A stretch of 64,000 nucleotides of DNA from Nitrosopumilus sp. Its GTDB lineage: Archaea; Thermoproteota; Nitrososphaeria; Nitrososphaerales; Nitrosopumilaceae. The notes beneath the pieces were generated by a model. It was given only the letters and a program-made list of their open reading frames with translations. It searched no databases and was not told the DNA's origin. The stretch spans positions 2,368,001 through 2,432,000 of the forward strand of contig OZ245003.1 of NCBI GenBank assembly GCA_965223425.1, written 5' to 3'. Position 1 is the first letter of the stretch. Each line of letters opens with the position of its first letter. The position numbers and the translations under genes were made by a program. Below, in pieces: positions 1-10,033 of the stretch.

Positions 1-84
1 ATCTTTTGTGTTTGCATCCTGGACAACTACCGGTACAAGGCCGCCGCTTTTCTCAAAATCTATATCGTCAACTGCCTTTTGCAT
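1..84 (-). CDS. hisI: Phosphoribosyl-AMP cyclohydrolase, N-terminal part (runs off window)
   Basis: Manual translation MQKAVDDIDFEKSGGLVPVVVQDANTKD; directly downstream of hisF. Confidence 0.85.
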   Translation of the reverse strand, partial: MQKAVDDIDFEKSGGLVPVVVQDANTKD

Positions 85-106
85 GCTCTAAAACTGGAAA
101 TAGGTC

Positions 107-910
107 TTATAATCTTACAGGGATCTCTTTTTCTTTGAGGTGTGTTTTGACCCCCCTTACGCCATGGGTCCCATAGTGAAAGATGGATGCGGCCAAGGCA
201 GCATCAGCGTTGGACTCTTTGAATACGCCGACCATGTCCTCAGGCCTTCCACATCCCCCGGATGCAACCACGGGAATGGAAACCGAGTCAACGACGGCTT
301 TTGTAAGCAAGATGTCATAGCCGTCTTTTGTGCCGTCCTTATCAATGCTGGTAAGGAGGACTTCGCCGGCGCCAAGATTCTGTGCTTTTTTTGCCCATTG
401 GATGGCATCAATCCCGGTTCCTTGCTTGCCGCCATAAATGAAGACCTCAAACCACAGGTTTTTCTTATTTTCTGAAAATACTGTCACACCGTCCTTGAGA
501 TCATAGTTTCTTTTGGCATCAATTGCAACCACAATGCACTGGCGGCCAAACAGCCCCATCAGTTCAGTTATTACCTCTGGGTTCTTTATTGCCCCGGTGT
601 TTATTCCGACCTTGTCAGCGCCGTTTAGGAGAATGTTCCTTGCATCCTCCAGTGATTTGACGCCGCCGCCTACGGTAAACGGGATGTCAATTACAGAGGC
701 AACCTTCCGAACCAGGTCCTTGATGGTATCCCTTTGTTCGTCAGATGCGGTAATATCCAAAAAGACCAGCTCGTCGGCTCCCTCGTTGCTGTATCTTTCA
801 GCAAGCTCTACAGGATCGCCTGCGTCTTTGATTGACTCAAAGCAAAGTCCCTTTACAACTCTGCCGTTTTTTACATCAAGACAGGGAATAACTCGCTTGG
901 TCAGAGTCAT
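107..910 (-). CDS. hisF: Imidazole glycerol phosphate synthase cyclase subunit
   Basis: [19 protein letters not shown] and ASGG motifs; his cluster. Confidence 0.97.
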   Translation of the reverse strand: MTLTKRVIPCLDVKNGRVVKGLCFESIKDAGDPVELAERYSNEGADELVFLDITASDEQRDTIKDLVRKVASVIDIPFTVGGGVKSLEDARNILLNGADKVGINTGAIKNPEVITELMGLFGRQCIVVAIDAKRNYDLKDGVTVFSENKKNLWFEVFIYGGKQGTGIDAIQWAKKAQNLGAGEVLLTSIDKDGTKDGYDILLTKAVVDSVSIPVVASGGCGRPEDMVGVFKESNADAALAASIFHYGTHGVRGVKTHLKEKEIPVRL

Positions 911-1614
911 GCGATCTTCTTTGCCTCCTCGACTGATATCTTGTTTTCATATAATGCCCTTCCCAAAATCACTCCATATGCGTTCTTTTCTTTTACGTCT
1001 TTGACATCACCCACGTTAGAGATGCCCCCGCTTGCAATCACGTTTGCGTTTGGCAGTCCGCATGTTTTCTCCAAAAATTCCAGATCAGGCCCTGCAAGGG
1101 TTCCATCGCGGCCAACGTCAGTCAGCAGGAACTCCGTAAATCCCATATCAAGAAAGCCGTTCACTGCATCAAGTAGCTTTATTCCGGTGTTTTTTTGCCA
1201 GCCATGGATAACTATCTTGCCGTCTTTGTGATCAACTGAGATTACAATTTTTTTGGCTCCAAATTCAGTTAGCAATGTCTTCAGCAGGGGCCTGTCATTG
1301 AAGGCCAGCGTTCCTAAAACCATTCTTTGGGAGATTTTTGCCACATCTGAGACTATGGATTTGTTCCTTAACCCTCCGGCAACCTCGACGGGGACAGAAA
1401 CAGAGTCAAGAATTTTTTTAACAGCAGACAGGTTAGACCCGAGTCCAAGTGCGGCATCCAGATCAACCAAATGAAGCATGTCAGCGCCTGCTGACTCCCA
1501 TCTTTTTGCAGTCTTGACGGGATCATCGCCATATACGGTTTTTTGACTGGGATCGCCTTTGTACAGTCGGACTACCTGGCCACCCATCAGATCAATAGCA
1601 GGGATTACTTTCAT
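907..1614 (-). CDS. hisA: ProFAR isomerase
   Basis: VIPAIDL, LHLVDLDAA and TDVGRDGT motifs. Confidence 0.97.
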   Translation of the reverse strand: MKVIPAIDLMGGQVVRLYKGDPSQKTVYGDDPVKTAKRWESAGADMLHLVDLDAALGLGSNLSAVKKILDSVSVPVEVAGGLRNKSIVSDVAKISQRMVLGTLAFNDRPLLKTLLTEFGAKKIVISVDHKDGKIVIHGWQKNTGIKLLDAVNGFLDMGFTEFLLTDVGRDGTLAGPDLEFLEKTCGLPNANVIASGGISNVGDVKDVKEKNAYGVILGRALYENKISVEEAKKIA

Positions 1615-2216
1615 CCTCTACACTCTTCAAGAAAGTTCTTTATCATCAGATTTCCAACCTGTCCGGATTTCTCAGGGTGGAACTGGGTTCCAAAAAAATT
1701 CCCATGCTCCACTACGGCAGGCACCTTAATCCCATAGTCAGACTCGGCAGTAACCACGTCATCAGATGCAGGCTTTACTCTGTATGAATGGACAAAGTAA
1801 ACCCAAGAACCGTTATCAACGCCCTCAAGAATTTTTCCGGGTTTTTTTATTTCAAGATCATTCCATCCCATGTGCGGCACCTTCATTGAAGGCGGAAGTA
1901 CAACCACTTCTCCATCAATTACGTTCAGTCCTTTTTCTTGGCCTTCCTCGCTTTTTTCAAAAAACATTTCCATTCCCAAACAGATTCCAAGAACGGGGGC
2001 ATCACCAACATAATCCAAGAATTGCGTCTTGGAGAAGTCTCTAATGCTGTGGATGGCAGGATCAAAGTTTCCCACGCCGGGAAGCAACAAGCCAGAGTAT
2101 GAGTTAGGTTTGTCAAAATCAGCAATCACATCAACTGTTGCCCCTGCCTTCTCAAGAGAGTTTTTCAGGCTGAAAATATTTCCAGCGCCATAATCAAAAA
2201 TTGCAACACCAGTCAT
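1611..2216 (-). CDS. hisH: Imidazole glycerol phosphate synthase glutaminase subunit
   Basis: DYGAGN, LGICLG, PHMGWN and QFHPEKS motifs. Confidence 0.97.
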   Translation of the reverse strand: MTGVAIFDYGAGNIFSLKNSLEKAGATVDVIADFDKPNSYSGLLLPGVGNFDPAIHSIRDFSKTQFLDYVGDAPVLGICLGMEMFFEKSEEGQEKGLNVIDGEVVVLPPSMKVPHMGWNDLEIKKPGKILEGVDNGSWVYFVHSYRVKPASDDVVTAESDYGIKVPAVVEHGNFFGTQFHPEKSGQVGNLMIKNFLEECRG

Positions 2217-2812
2217 TACATTGAACCTTTTGTGCTGGGAACTCCTTTTTGCTTTTTGTCTGTTGCAGATGCGTTTCTAAGTGCCACTGCAAGTGATTTG
2301 ATGGCCGCCTCAACTTTGTGGTGATCATTATCGCCATACTTTACAGTAAGGTGGATGCAGCTATTCAGGTTTTGCAGCAACGACTGGAAAAAATGCTCCA
2401 GATCTTCTTTGGACATATCCTCAATCTTGCTTCGCTTGATTGACAAGGCCAGCTTCCAGAATGGGCGTTTTACCAGATCAATTGAGGCCTCTGCAAGGGA
2501 CTCATCCATGGGAACAGACGCATAGCTAAACCTTGTCACACCGCTTCTGGAGCTTAATGCCTTGTCAATTGCTTGCCCTACTGTAATTGCAGCATCCTCA
2601 ATAAGGTGATGTTTGATTCCGTCGTTTGATTTGGCAGTAACTTTCAGATCCATCATGCCATGTTTTCCAAAAGATACAATCAGGTGATCAAGAAAATTAA
2701 TGCCTGTTTTAACGCTTGCTTTTCCAGTTCCATCCATGTTTACAGATACCTGGACGCTGGTCTCCTTGGTGCTTCGTTTGATTGAAGTTTTTCGCGGTGC
2801 CATATCTCTCAC
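2216..2812 (-). CDS. hisB: Imidazoleglycerol-phosphate dehydratase (start possibly 2803)
   Basis: RSTKET, HHLIED, PMDES and DHHKVEA motifs. Confidence 0.96.
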   Translation of the reverse strand: MRDMAPRKTSIKRSTKETSVQVSVNMDGTGKASVKTGINFLDHLIVSFGKHGMMDLKVTAKSNDGIKHHLIEDAAITVGQAIDKALSSRSGVTRFSYASVPMDESLAEASIDLVKRPFWKLALSIKRSKIEDMSKEDLEHFFQSLLQNLNSCIHLTVKYGDNDHHKVEAAIKSLAVALRNASATDKKQKGVPSTKGSM

Positions 2813-2837
2813 AGGTATGTTGTCTGCTTTGTTCTAA

Positions 2838-2851
2838 ATTTAATACTTTTT
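2838..2851 (-). promoter_or_regulatory. Putative BRE/TATA promoter for hisBHAFI
   Basis: Minus strand reads AAAAAGTATTAAAT about 26-35 nt upstream of the hisB start candidates. Confidence 0.45.
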
Positions 2852-3163
2852 ACGTATGGTTTATCAGGAATGAGGCATCTAGAAATGGCCTTGCTCATTT
2901 ATGGGATCAAAATATTGTGATTTAAGACCTTTTGATTGCAAGTTGGGCACAGAATGCAACATATCACACATGCTGGATATCGCTATCAATCAATTCTTAT
3001 CATTGGGGTCTCGATTACACAATATGCGTTCCCTGATATGATCATCCTAGTTCCTCTATGGTTTCCTGTCATGCGTATTAGTTTTTCACTGTTCTTTTTT
3101 CTGAACTGACATGCAATACGTTCGCCTATTATGGAATCATTTGTGTTATAATGAACTGACATA

Positions 3164-3571
3164 CTATCCTAACTTTTCAACAATTTGTTTATTTTCTTTT
3201 AATTCAGACATTACATCCATCACTATTTTTAGATCTAAGTTATGTTCATTAGCTATGTCGCTTGGATAAAATACCTGACCAACACTGATTTCTTTTAATA
3301 TTATTCTCTTTACATTTTCTTTATCCAAGTCAAAATTATCTTCACCGTTGTTTTCTTGGATCTGATCTAAACCATGACTTTCTATCATACGTTGTACTTT
3401 ATCCTGTTTTTTTAATACTCTTTCTAATAAATCATATAATTCGCTAACTAGATAAACAAAATTATTTGAATTAGTAGATGAGGTATTTTGAAATTCTTTT
3501 TTTATATATTCTAATCTTTGTATGTCTTGTTCGTATTCTACTTCATGTTTATCTATAGATATTTTTGTCAT
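3164..3571 (-). CDS. Hypothetical coiled-coil protein with possible C-terminal winged helix
   Basis: 135 aa ORF, 3 nt downstream of 3575..3985; C-terminal YPSDIANEHNLDLKIVMDVMSEL is HTH-like. Confidence 0.6.
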   Translation of the reverse strand: MTKISIDKHEVEYEQDIQRLEYIKKEFQNTSSTNSNNFVYLVSELYDLLERVLKKQDKVQRMIESHGLDQIQENNGEDNFDLDKENVKRIILKEISVGQVFYPSDIANEHNLDLKIVMDVMSELKENKQIVEKLG

Positions 3572-3574
3572 ATT

Positions 3575-3985
3575 TCATCTATCTCTAACCAAACGTCGTG
3601 GAAATTTTGGTGGAACGTCATAATTCTGCCGCACATTCAACTGATGTTGTGTTGTAATATAACGTAATTGTTTGAGACTTTTATATAATTTACTAGGATC
3701 TTTTGTGTTGTATGTATCTGCCAAGGAATTCATCTTCTCTGCTATGTCTGAGTTGATTTTACTTCTAATTTCCTTTGGAATTTGATATTCAATAGATATC
3801 TCCTCTAAATTCGTAAATACACCTTCTAAAATTTCACTTATGAATACCTCATCTTCTAATTCTAAATTCCATGCAAAATTTACTAAATCATGTGCAATCC
3901 TACTACATACAGAATAATTTGCATTTTCAAGATTTTTTTGTACATCTTTAAACCTATCAGTAAATATTATGTTTACATCTTTCAT
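3575..3985 (-). CDS. Hypothetical helical protein, paralogue of 5184..5600
   Basis: Shares MKD start, AN...CS.I..DL, FISEILE..F, LK.LR..TT and RLVR end with 5184..5600. Confidence 0.7.
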   Translation of the reverse strand: MKDVNIIFTDRFKDVQKNLENANYSVCSRIAHDLVNFAWNLELEDEVFISEILEGVFTNLEEISIEYQIPKEIRSKINSDIAEKMNSLADTYNTKDPSKLYKSLKQLRYITTQHQLNVRQNYDVPPKFPRRLVRDR

Positions 3986-4101
3986 TTATTCAATATGATT
4001 CCTTCATTTATAATATAAATATGATGATCTAAGGTTCTGTTTCGTCATCGGTAGTTTTCTCCGTGTTACTCTTCGGTTGCTGATAATTTTCTAAATTTAG
4101 A

Positions 4102-4761
4102 CTATTTTATTTTACTTGGGTGTGGAATTATAGCAAATTTTATTGATTTAAAATCTGGATCATTACTTAATGATTTGAACGATGTATCTGATGTATAAAA
4201 TGTCGATGATTTCCCATATTTAGCCAGATATGCATGTTCTAAATCCACATATCCCAAACCTTTGTATTGATATTTTTGAGTTGGCTCAAATGTTTCATTA
4301 CATTTTGGACATTCTAATTTAGAGTCACGTGGAACAAATCCCTCATTACACTGTGAACACACACTCATTACACGAATATATCCAAAATAATTTTGTAATT
4401 TCTTTAGAATTATGCTTTGATGTTCAGAAATTGTTTCACGTGGTCTAATTATCAAAATTTTTCTTGCCTTTGAATATTCATTAATTTTTTTAATAAAATC
4501 TATTATTTTTTGTTCCACGATGGGCTTTTTTGAATCACATTCTTCTCTCGTCCCACCAGAAAAATCTGTTCTTTTGGGCATTTTTTTCCTCATTGTGTCG
4601 ATAACTTCTAACAATAATGTGTACGACACTACCGCAATTTTTTTACCGGATTCAAGATTGTCTATGAGAGGTTTACATAATGGAAAATAATCATCTTTGT
4701 CTCCCAACATATACCCGACCCAAACGTTGGTGTCGTAATATACTAATTTATCAGGAGTTAT
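4102..4761 (-). CDS. PIN-domain (VapC-like) ribonuclease with inserted Zn ribbon
   Basis: Frame stays open upstream of the listed ATG (4710), giving ITPDKLVYYDTNVW; LLLEV, DLEH and YTSD PIN motifs; CSQC..CPKC. Start at ATA 4761 is inferred. Confidence 0.75.
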   Translation of the reverse strand: MTPDKLVYYDTNVWVGYMLGDKDDYFPLCKPLIDNLESGKKIAVVSYTLLLEVIDTMRKKMPKRTDFSGGTREECDSKKPIVEQKIIDFIKKINEYSKARKILIIRPRETISEHQSIILKKLQNYFGYIRVMSVCSQCNEGFVPRDSKLECPKCNETFEPTQKYQYKGLGYVDLEHAYLAKYGKSSTFYTSDTSFKSLSNDPDFKSIKFAIIPHPSKIK

Positions 4762-5182
4762 CTCTGACAGATCGAACCATCTCTAAAGAATTTTCATTTT
4801 TATCTACAAATTCACTTAATAGTCCTTCTAATGAGATAGACTCTTCTGAGTTATCTACTTCAAAAATATTCTCTAATTCCATTCTACTAATTTCATTCTG
4901 ATCTAAAAGATTTTGAATTTTATATTCTTCAGGTTTCTCTTCTAATTTTAAAATTTTTTCTTCTAATCGATTCATTTTCAAAGTTAGTTCTTGAATCAAA
5001 TCATTTGCAAAATAATCACCAATATTAATTTGTGTAAATTTACCCTCTTCTGTTTCTAAATACAAAATGTCGTTTTGTTTTGGGCTAGATATAACAGATG
5101 ATGTTTTTTTTCCATATTTTTGTCCAGATATATTTTCTTCAATATCTCTATCTTCTGGAAATGGTTTATCCGTTATTACCAT
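4751..5182 (-). CDS. Hypothetical acidic coiled-coil protein, candidate antitoxin
   Basis: Overlaps the PIN gene start; ends in ENSLEMVRSVRD, resembling archaeal VapB-type tails. Confidence 0.6.
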   Translation of the reverse strand: MVITDKPFPEDRDIEENISGQKYGKKTSSVISSPKQNDILYLETEEGKFTQINIGDYFANDLIQELTLKMNRLEEKILKLEEKPEEYKIQNLLDQNEISRMELENIFEVDNSEESISLEGLLSEFVDKNENSLEMVRSVRDNS

Positions 5183-5183
5183 A

Positions 5184-5600
5184 TCATACTACCTCTCTTC
5201 TTACCAATCGCTTTGGCTCTGACTGTGTTCTTTTAAGAATATTCCAACATTTGAATTGAAGTAAAGTTGTCATCGAACGTAATTCTTTAAGAATTTCATA
5301 TATCTGTTCCTTATTGTCATTTCTATATGATTTAGAAAGTAAAGATATTTGCTCATGTAATTTTGCAATAATTGACGTTCGTTCATCTTTTGGAATATCA
5401 TATCCCTCTAGAAGTGGTGCGATTTGTTCAAAAATAGATTCAAGTATTTCTGAAATAAAAATTCCATCTTTATATTCAGCCATTGTGGACAATCTAATCA
5501 AATCTACAGAAATGTTAGAACAATTTTTGAAATTGGCTTGATCAACCATTTCTAATAAATTTTCCAATTGTTCATCAAAAATTTGACAAATATCCTTCAA
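5184..5600 (-). CDS. Hypothetical helical protein, paralogue of 3575..3985
   Basis: See 3575..3985; TTG start. Confidence 0.7.
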   Translation of the reverse strand: MKDICQIFDEQLENLLEMVDQANFKNCSNISVDLIRLSTMAEYKDGIFISEILESIFEQIAPLLEGYDIPKDERTSIIAKLHEQISLLSKSYRNDNKEQIYEILKELRSMTTLLQFKCWNILKRTQSEPKRLVRREVV

Positions 5601-5638
5601 GATATTTTTTCTCCCTCTTCTATGTTATTAAATATGTG

Positions 5639-7012
5639 TAATCTTATGTGCCCCGATCAAGGAAATCAGATGATAAGAGTGGTTCTGGTTCAGAAAACAG
5701 AGCCGGTACTGCAAGGATCAGAAATGCAAACAAACACACAACCCCAGATCCGAGGATATGCATGTCAGCTGTCTTTGTCGGCCTGGATGTCCACAAGAAG
5801 ACCATCCAGATGTCAGTCATGGATGAAAACGGCGAGGAACTGCTCAACAAAGAGATAGCAAACACAGCCAAAGACATCAGGTACAACATAGGCTGTTTGC
5901 ACAAGGACTCTAAGCTTGTGATGGAATCCTCGTCTGTCTGGAAGGCGCCGTTCTTTCAGATAAGAGACGAGCTAAGCATGGACGTGTCGCTGTCAAACCC
6001 GTACACCACCAAGCTCATAGCAGAGTCCAAAAAGAAGACTGACAAGGTGGATGCCAGAATTCTGGCAGACATGCACAGGGGAGGATACATAGTATCGTGC
6101 CACGTACCCACGTTGCAGAACATGAACAACAGGGACCTGGTGAATTACCGGCACAACCTGGTACGCCACAGGACAGGACTGAAGAACTCCATACACGGCA
6201 TACTGCTGCAGAGATCGATTCGGCCTGACGGCAAGCCGTTTTGCGGGCCATGGATTGCGCAGGTTCGAAAGATAAGCGACTATAGGATAGACTCGTACCT
6301 GGACACGATAAACAGCATAAACGACAAGATACTCCAGTCAGATGCAAGGGTGCGCCAGGCAGCAAAGGAGAACGAGGATGCAACTCTGCTGCAGACCGTT
6401 CCGGGTGTCGGGGCATACTCTGCACTGGTCATTGCATGTACAATAGACGGCATAGGAAGGTTCGTCAACTCGCACAAGCTGTGCTCTTATGTCGGCGTTG
6501 TTCCGTCTGTGAGATCCTCCGGCGAGTCCGTACACTATGGACACATAACGCACCATGGAAGCAGCATATGCAGGTGGGTTCTGACAGAGAGTGCGTCTTG
6601 TCGCATGTAAGGTATGCCCCCGAGTCTGACATTTCGATATTCTACAAGAGGCTTGCAAAGAGGAGGGGCAAGGGACGTGCATCAGTGGCTGCTGCCTCAA
6701 AGCTGCTGCGAGTCATTTACCGTATGCTCAAGGAGAGAAGGGCGTTTGTTACAAATTACAGTCAGGATGCCAATTGCGATGAACTCGTTGAGGGACAGAC
6801 CTAGTAGTCTGTATGCCTCGCCTTGTAATTGCATTATACCCTGATAAAAGAATGGAGAATGATACTGAGGGATTGCCTCCGTGGTTGCCTCGGATGGATA
6901 ACTGTTCGCCTCTTTGTTGTCTTGGGCCTTTGCGGTCTGGAAATAATCCTAGCTTGTGCCGTACCTGTCAGGATGAAAAATGTTGGGAATTCTTATAAGG
7001 ATGGCACATGGA
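5639..7012 (+). mobile_element. IS110-family element (IS1111-like layout), ends approximate
   Basis: IS110 transposase; short subterminal IR ATGTGCC (5646-5652) / GGCACAT (7003-7009); ~200 bp downstream non-coding end. Confidence 0.75.
5762..6804 (+). pseudogene. IS110 transposase, frameshifted near 6590
   Basis: GLDVHK, MESS, KTDKVDA and SSG motifs; removing one AG from GACAGAGAGTGC restores LTECVLSHVRY...AAASKLLRVIY. Confidence 0.9.
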
Positions 7013-7020
7013 TACGTGTT

Positions 7021-8268
7021 CAGCTAAGCGAAATCTGCTCTAATTCGGGCCAAATCGGCTACAAAATGCAAACAGATCAATGAGGGTACGACCCCATGAT
7101 TTCTGTTGTTGATACAAAAAACCAGACAGAGCCGCGAACTGTTAAACAATCCACGCATATATGAAGATGTTGCAGACGGCGCCAAAAACATGCTTGCATG
7201 CGCCAACACATCAGACAGGTACAACGCAACGTTTGGACCAGATGATCTGAACTGCGGCATGCTAAAGGCTGCCACCATGGATTCCTCTGTGGGCGGATGC
7301 GCAAAGGCGCAAAGGCGCAAAGGTTGCGATACCCCGTCTGACAGGTGGATTGCATCGGCAATCAGGGGAATTGAGCAGGATGCAATCCAGCACACGCTTG
7401 AAGGCCAGATAGCAAGGCATCTTGAAACCCTCAAAAGACTGGGCAGGTTTCCAAAAAAAGGACTGGACATAGCAATCGATATGCACCTCATACCGCGCTA
7501 TGACAGGGTACTGGAAAAGGGGGGAGATGACACGTTCCAAATACAAGAACGGAACCAAATACTTCGCGTTACATGTCCAGTGCGTAAATGACAAGATGCG
7601 TATCGTTCTTGCCGCATCATGCCTGAAGATGCTTGAATCCGTGCCTGATTACGCGGATGCTGTCCTCAAAACCATGACAGAGATGGGGGCATCAGGACAT
7701 CCGGCGTTGCTTGACTGTGAGTTCTTCTCAGTTGATGCGATAGACAGGCTGCAGGAAAACAACGTAAAGTTTCTGATGCCGTGCAGGAACACGTACAACG
7801 TGGTGGCAGCCCTGCAAGAGTTTGCACAGGAGAAAAGAGGAAAGATCTCAAGGAACGTAATTGAAAACAACCTGGGTTCTGCTGCCAAATACTCTATGAT
7901 AACAACTGACAGAAAAAAGGCCAAAGACTCTGATGACCCGGAAGGAGGTATACATCGGGTTTGCAACAAACCATCCTGCAGTCAAGACTGAGGTCTATGC
8001 CAAAAGATGGGGGATAAAGATGAGTACGGCAAAATCGAGGAGTGCAGGGCCAAGACACGAATCACAGACATGGAATCGCAGATGCTGTGCTTTTGCCATT
8101 CCCTGGTATTGTAAAATGGATGGGTGATTGTCAGGGCAATGCTTTCTGATGGCACTGAAAGGCAGTGCCATGACCATGCTGACGTTTAGGGTGCAGCTGG
8201 AATCGCTTCCCATACGCCAGTCCAAACCGCCTACATGATCTCAGGCTTTGGCACACTTCGCTTAGCTG
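7021..8268 (+). mobile_element. Degenerate ISH3-like insertion sequence (1248 bp)
   Basis: TIR CAGCTAAGCGAA...TTCGCTTAGCTG; no target-site duplication visible. Confidence 0.8.
7106..8238 (+). pseudogene. ISH3-like DDE transposase, multiply frameshifted
   Basis: Fragments IAIDMH, LLDCEFFS, FATN and YAKRWGI spread over ORFs 7106, 7500 and 7933. Confidence 0.85.
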
Positions 8269-8345
8269 GTACAACAATAAGATATAAAATTCCTAAACGG
8301 GCCAATGGTCATAAATAACATAATAACTACCAGCTATTATCTAAA

Positions 8346-8945
8346 ATGCTTGATTGTAAGTTCTTAAGACAAGGCGGAGATAAAATGGACACTAGATTTA
8401 CAAACGAAGGTGTTGCCTTGTCATTAATCAAAAAAGCCACCAAATATGAAGGAGCAGAAAACAGGGGAATTCGCGGGAAAAAAGCATTGCACAAGAGTCT
8501 TTATTTTTTAAACCAAACCCACACTCTTTTCAGTTTTCGCTGGGCCGATTACGGGCCATTTTGTGGGGAAATCCAACAGATTGCTGACCGATTAGTTGCA
8601 AGCGGAAACGTAAAAGTCGATGAAATTAAAACAAAGAAAAAAGGTGCTGTTATCCAAAATTTACAATTTTCTGGGAATGATTCTATTGAAATTAATATTC
8701 CTTCTGAAATTGATAGCAACCTAGATGAGATTGTCAGGTTTGTAGCAGGAAAGAGTCCAAGAGACTTGGAGCTTTTAGCATCTGTACATTTTTGGGCTGT
8801 AAAACAAAAAATATTATTTGGCGAGTATTCGGCCGGTTATGTTTTTGAAAAATTATCTGAATTAAAACCGGATGCAAGATTTGTACTAGGCGATGTAACA
8901 AATGCCATTGAAACTCTTCAGACACATGATTTTTTGACAAGATAA
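8346..8945 (+). CDS. Winged-helix YwgA/SocA (Panacea)-like protein (start likely 8385)
   Basis: GKKALHKSLYFL, F..ADYGPF and LELLAS motifs. Confidence 0.6.
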   Translation: MLDCKFLRQGGDKMDTRFTNEGVALSLIKKATKYEGAENRGIRGKKALHKSLYFLNQTHTLFSFRWADYGPFCGEIQQIADRLVASGNVKVDEIKTKKKGAVIQNLQFSGNDSIEINIPSEIDSNLDEIVRFVAGKSPRDLELLASVHFWAVKQKILFGEYSAGYVFEKLSELKPDARFVLGDVTNAIETLQTHDFLTR

Positions 8946-9275
8946 TTTCAACATAATTGCACAACGGTTGCATGTTCAGTATTCAAACTTTTCATGTTCT
9001 CTAATTGAACAGCATCTTGAATGGTTCGAGTTTGGAACACCCATGTAAACATCCGTATCTATCCTCTGCAATTATTTCCTTGATGTTAATTCCAAATTGT
9101 ACCTTGTTGCATGCTGATTTTCTCAAGCTTTTTCTGATACAGTTCCTCTTTTCGGGTCTGGTAAATTGTGCTCGAATCATCAAAATTTAACAGGTCTCGC
9201 CGGCTCAAACTTGTGGCATTGATGTTTAAAATAAACAGCAAGCAGTTAGCAGCGATTCAAAAGGCCAGTGAGAAT

Positions 9276-9653
9276 CTAACGGGTAAAATTCAGGGGTGGC
9301 TCATATACCCCAAGTAGCAGACATTCACTAAAGTGCCTTTCCCGATAGTCATCAATTCTGATGTATTTTAATTTGTAATTGTGTATGTTCTGCGATAATT
9401 CAGAACGCCTTTTTATTTTACTGCAAAAACAACCGGTTCCAATTCCAATCATGTGTTCTTCTATCCTGCCTTTCAAAGAATTTGTATTGCCTATGTAAAA
9501 CAGATTATTTCCATTTGTGGAATAGATCAGATAAACAGCAGGAAAGTCAAATCTATCATTTTTGGCAACATGACTCAGTGTATGAAATTTAGTTTTGTCT
9601 ATAATTGATCTCATTCTAGTATAATCAACCATTAACAACTCAACATGAACCAT
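9276..9653 (-). CDS. GIY-YIG nuclease domain protein
   Basis: AVYLI...FYIGNT..LKGRIEEH, conserved E, C-terminal PPLN. Confidence 0.75.
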   Translation of the reverse strand: MVHVELLMVDYTRMRSIIDKTKFHTLSHVAKNDRFDFPAVYLIYSTNGNNLFYIGNTNSLKGRIEEHMIGIGTGCFCSKIKRRSELSQNIHNYKLKYIRIDDYRERHFSECLLLGVYEPPLNFTR

Positions 9654-10033
9654 ATTGATAATATTTTCGAATAAATGGCAAGTGTTGATGAAAATTTACA
9701 TGCCACGATCCTTTACAGTCAACTAAAACTCGCCATGTCCATGATCCTAATGGATCGTATATGGCCTGATCCAGCAAGGCACACCAGAGAGTCTCCACAG
9801 TAGGACAAAGTGAATTCGATGCAGAATGAACAAAGACAGCATCACAAAAATTTGGATATTGCAAATTGCAGCTGTTGGTTTTACCATTGTATGTAGTGAC
9901 GTGCAAAAGTTCATCGGATCAAAAAAATCAGCCGGTGATCCATATTGATCAGAAATTGTTCCTTTAAGATCTTTTTGATCGTATTTTTTAAAAAAAAATT
10001 TTTTTGCTAGTATGCTCTTTCACGCTTAAAAAT

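Noticed and set aside
140-2125. Antisense and alternative-frame ORFs over core genes (here and throughout)
   Set aside because: They overlap well-supported genes and lack protein-family motifs
9001-9906. ORFs 9001-9183, 9005-9190 and 9640-9906 as genes
   Set aside because: Short, no recognisable motifs; may be remnants
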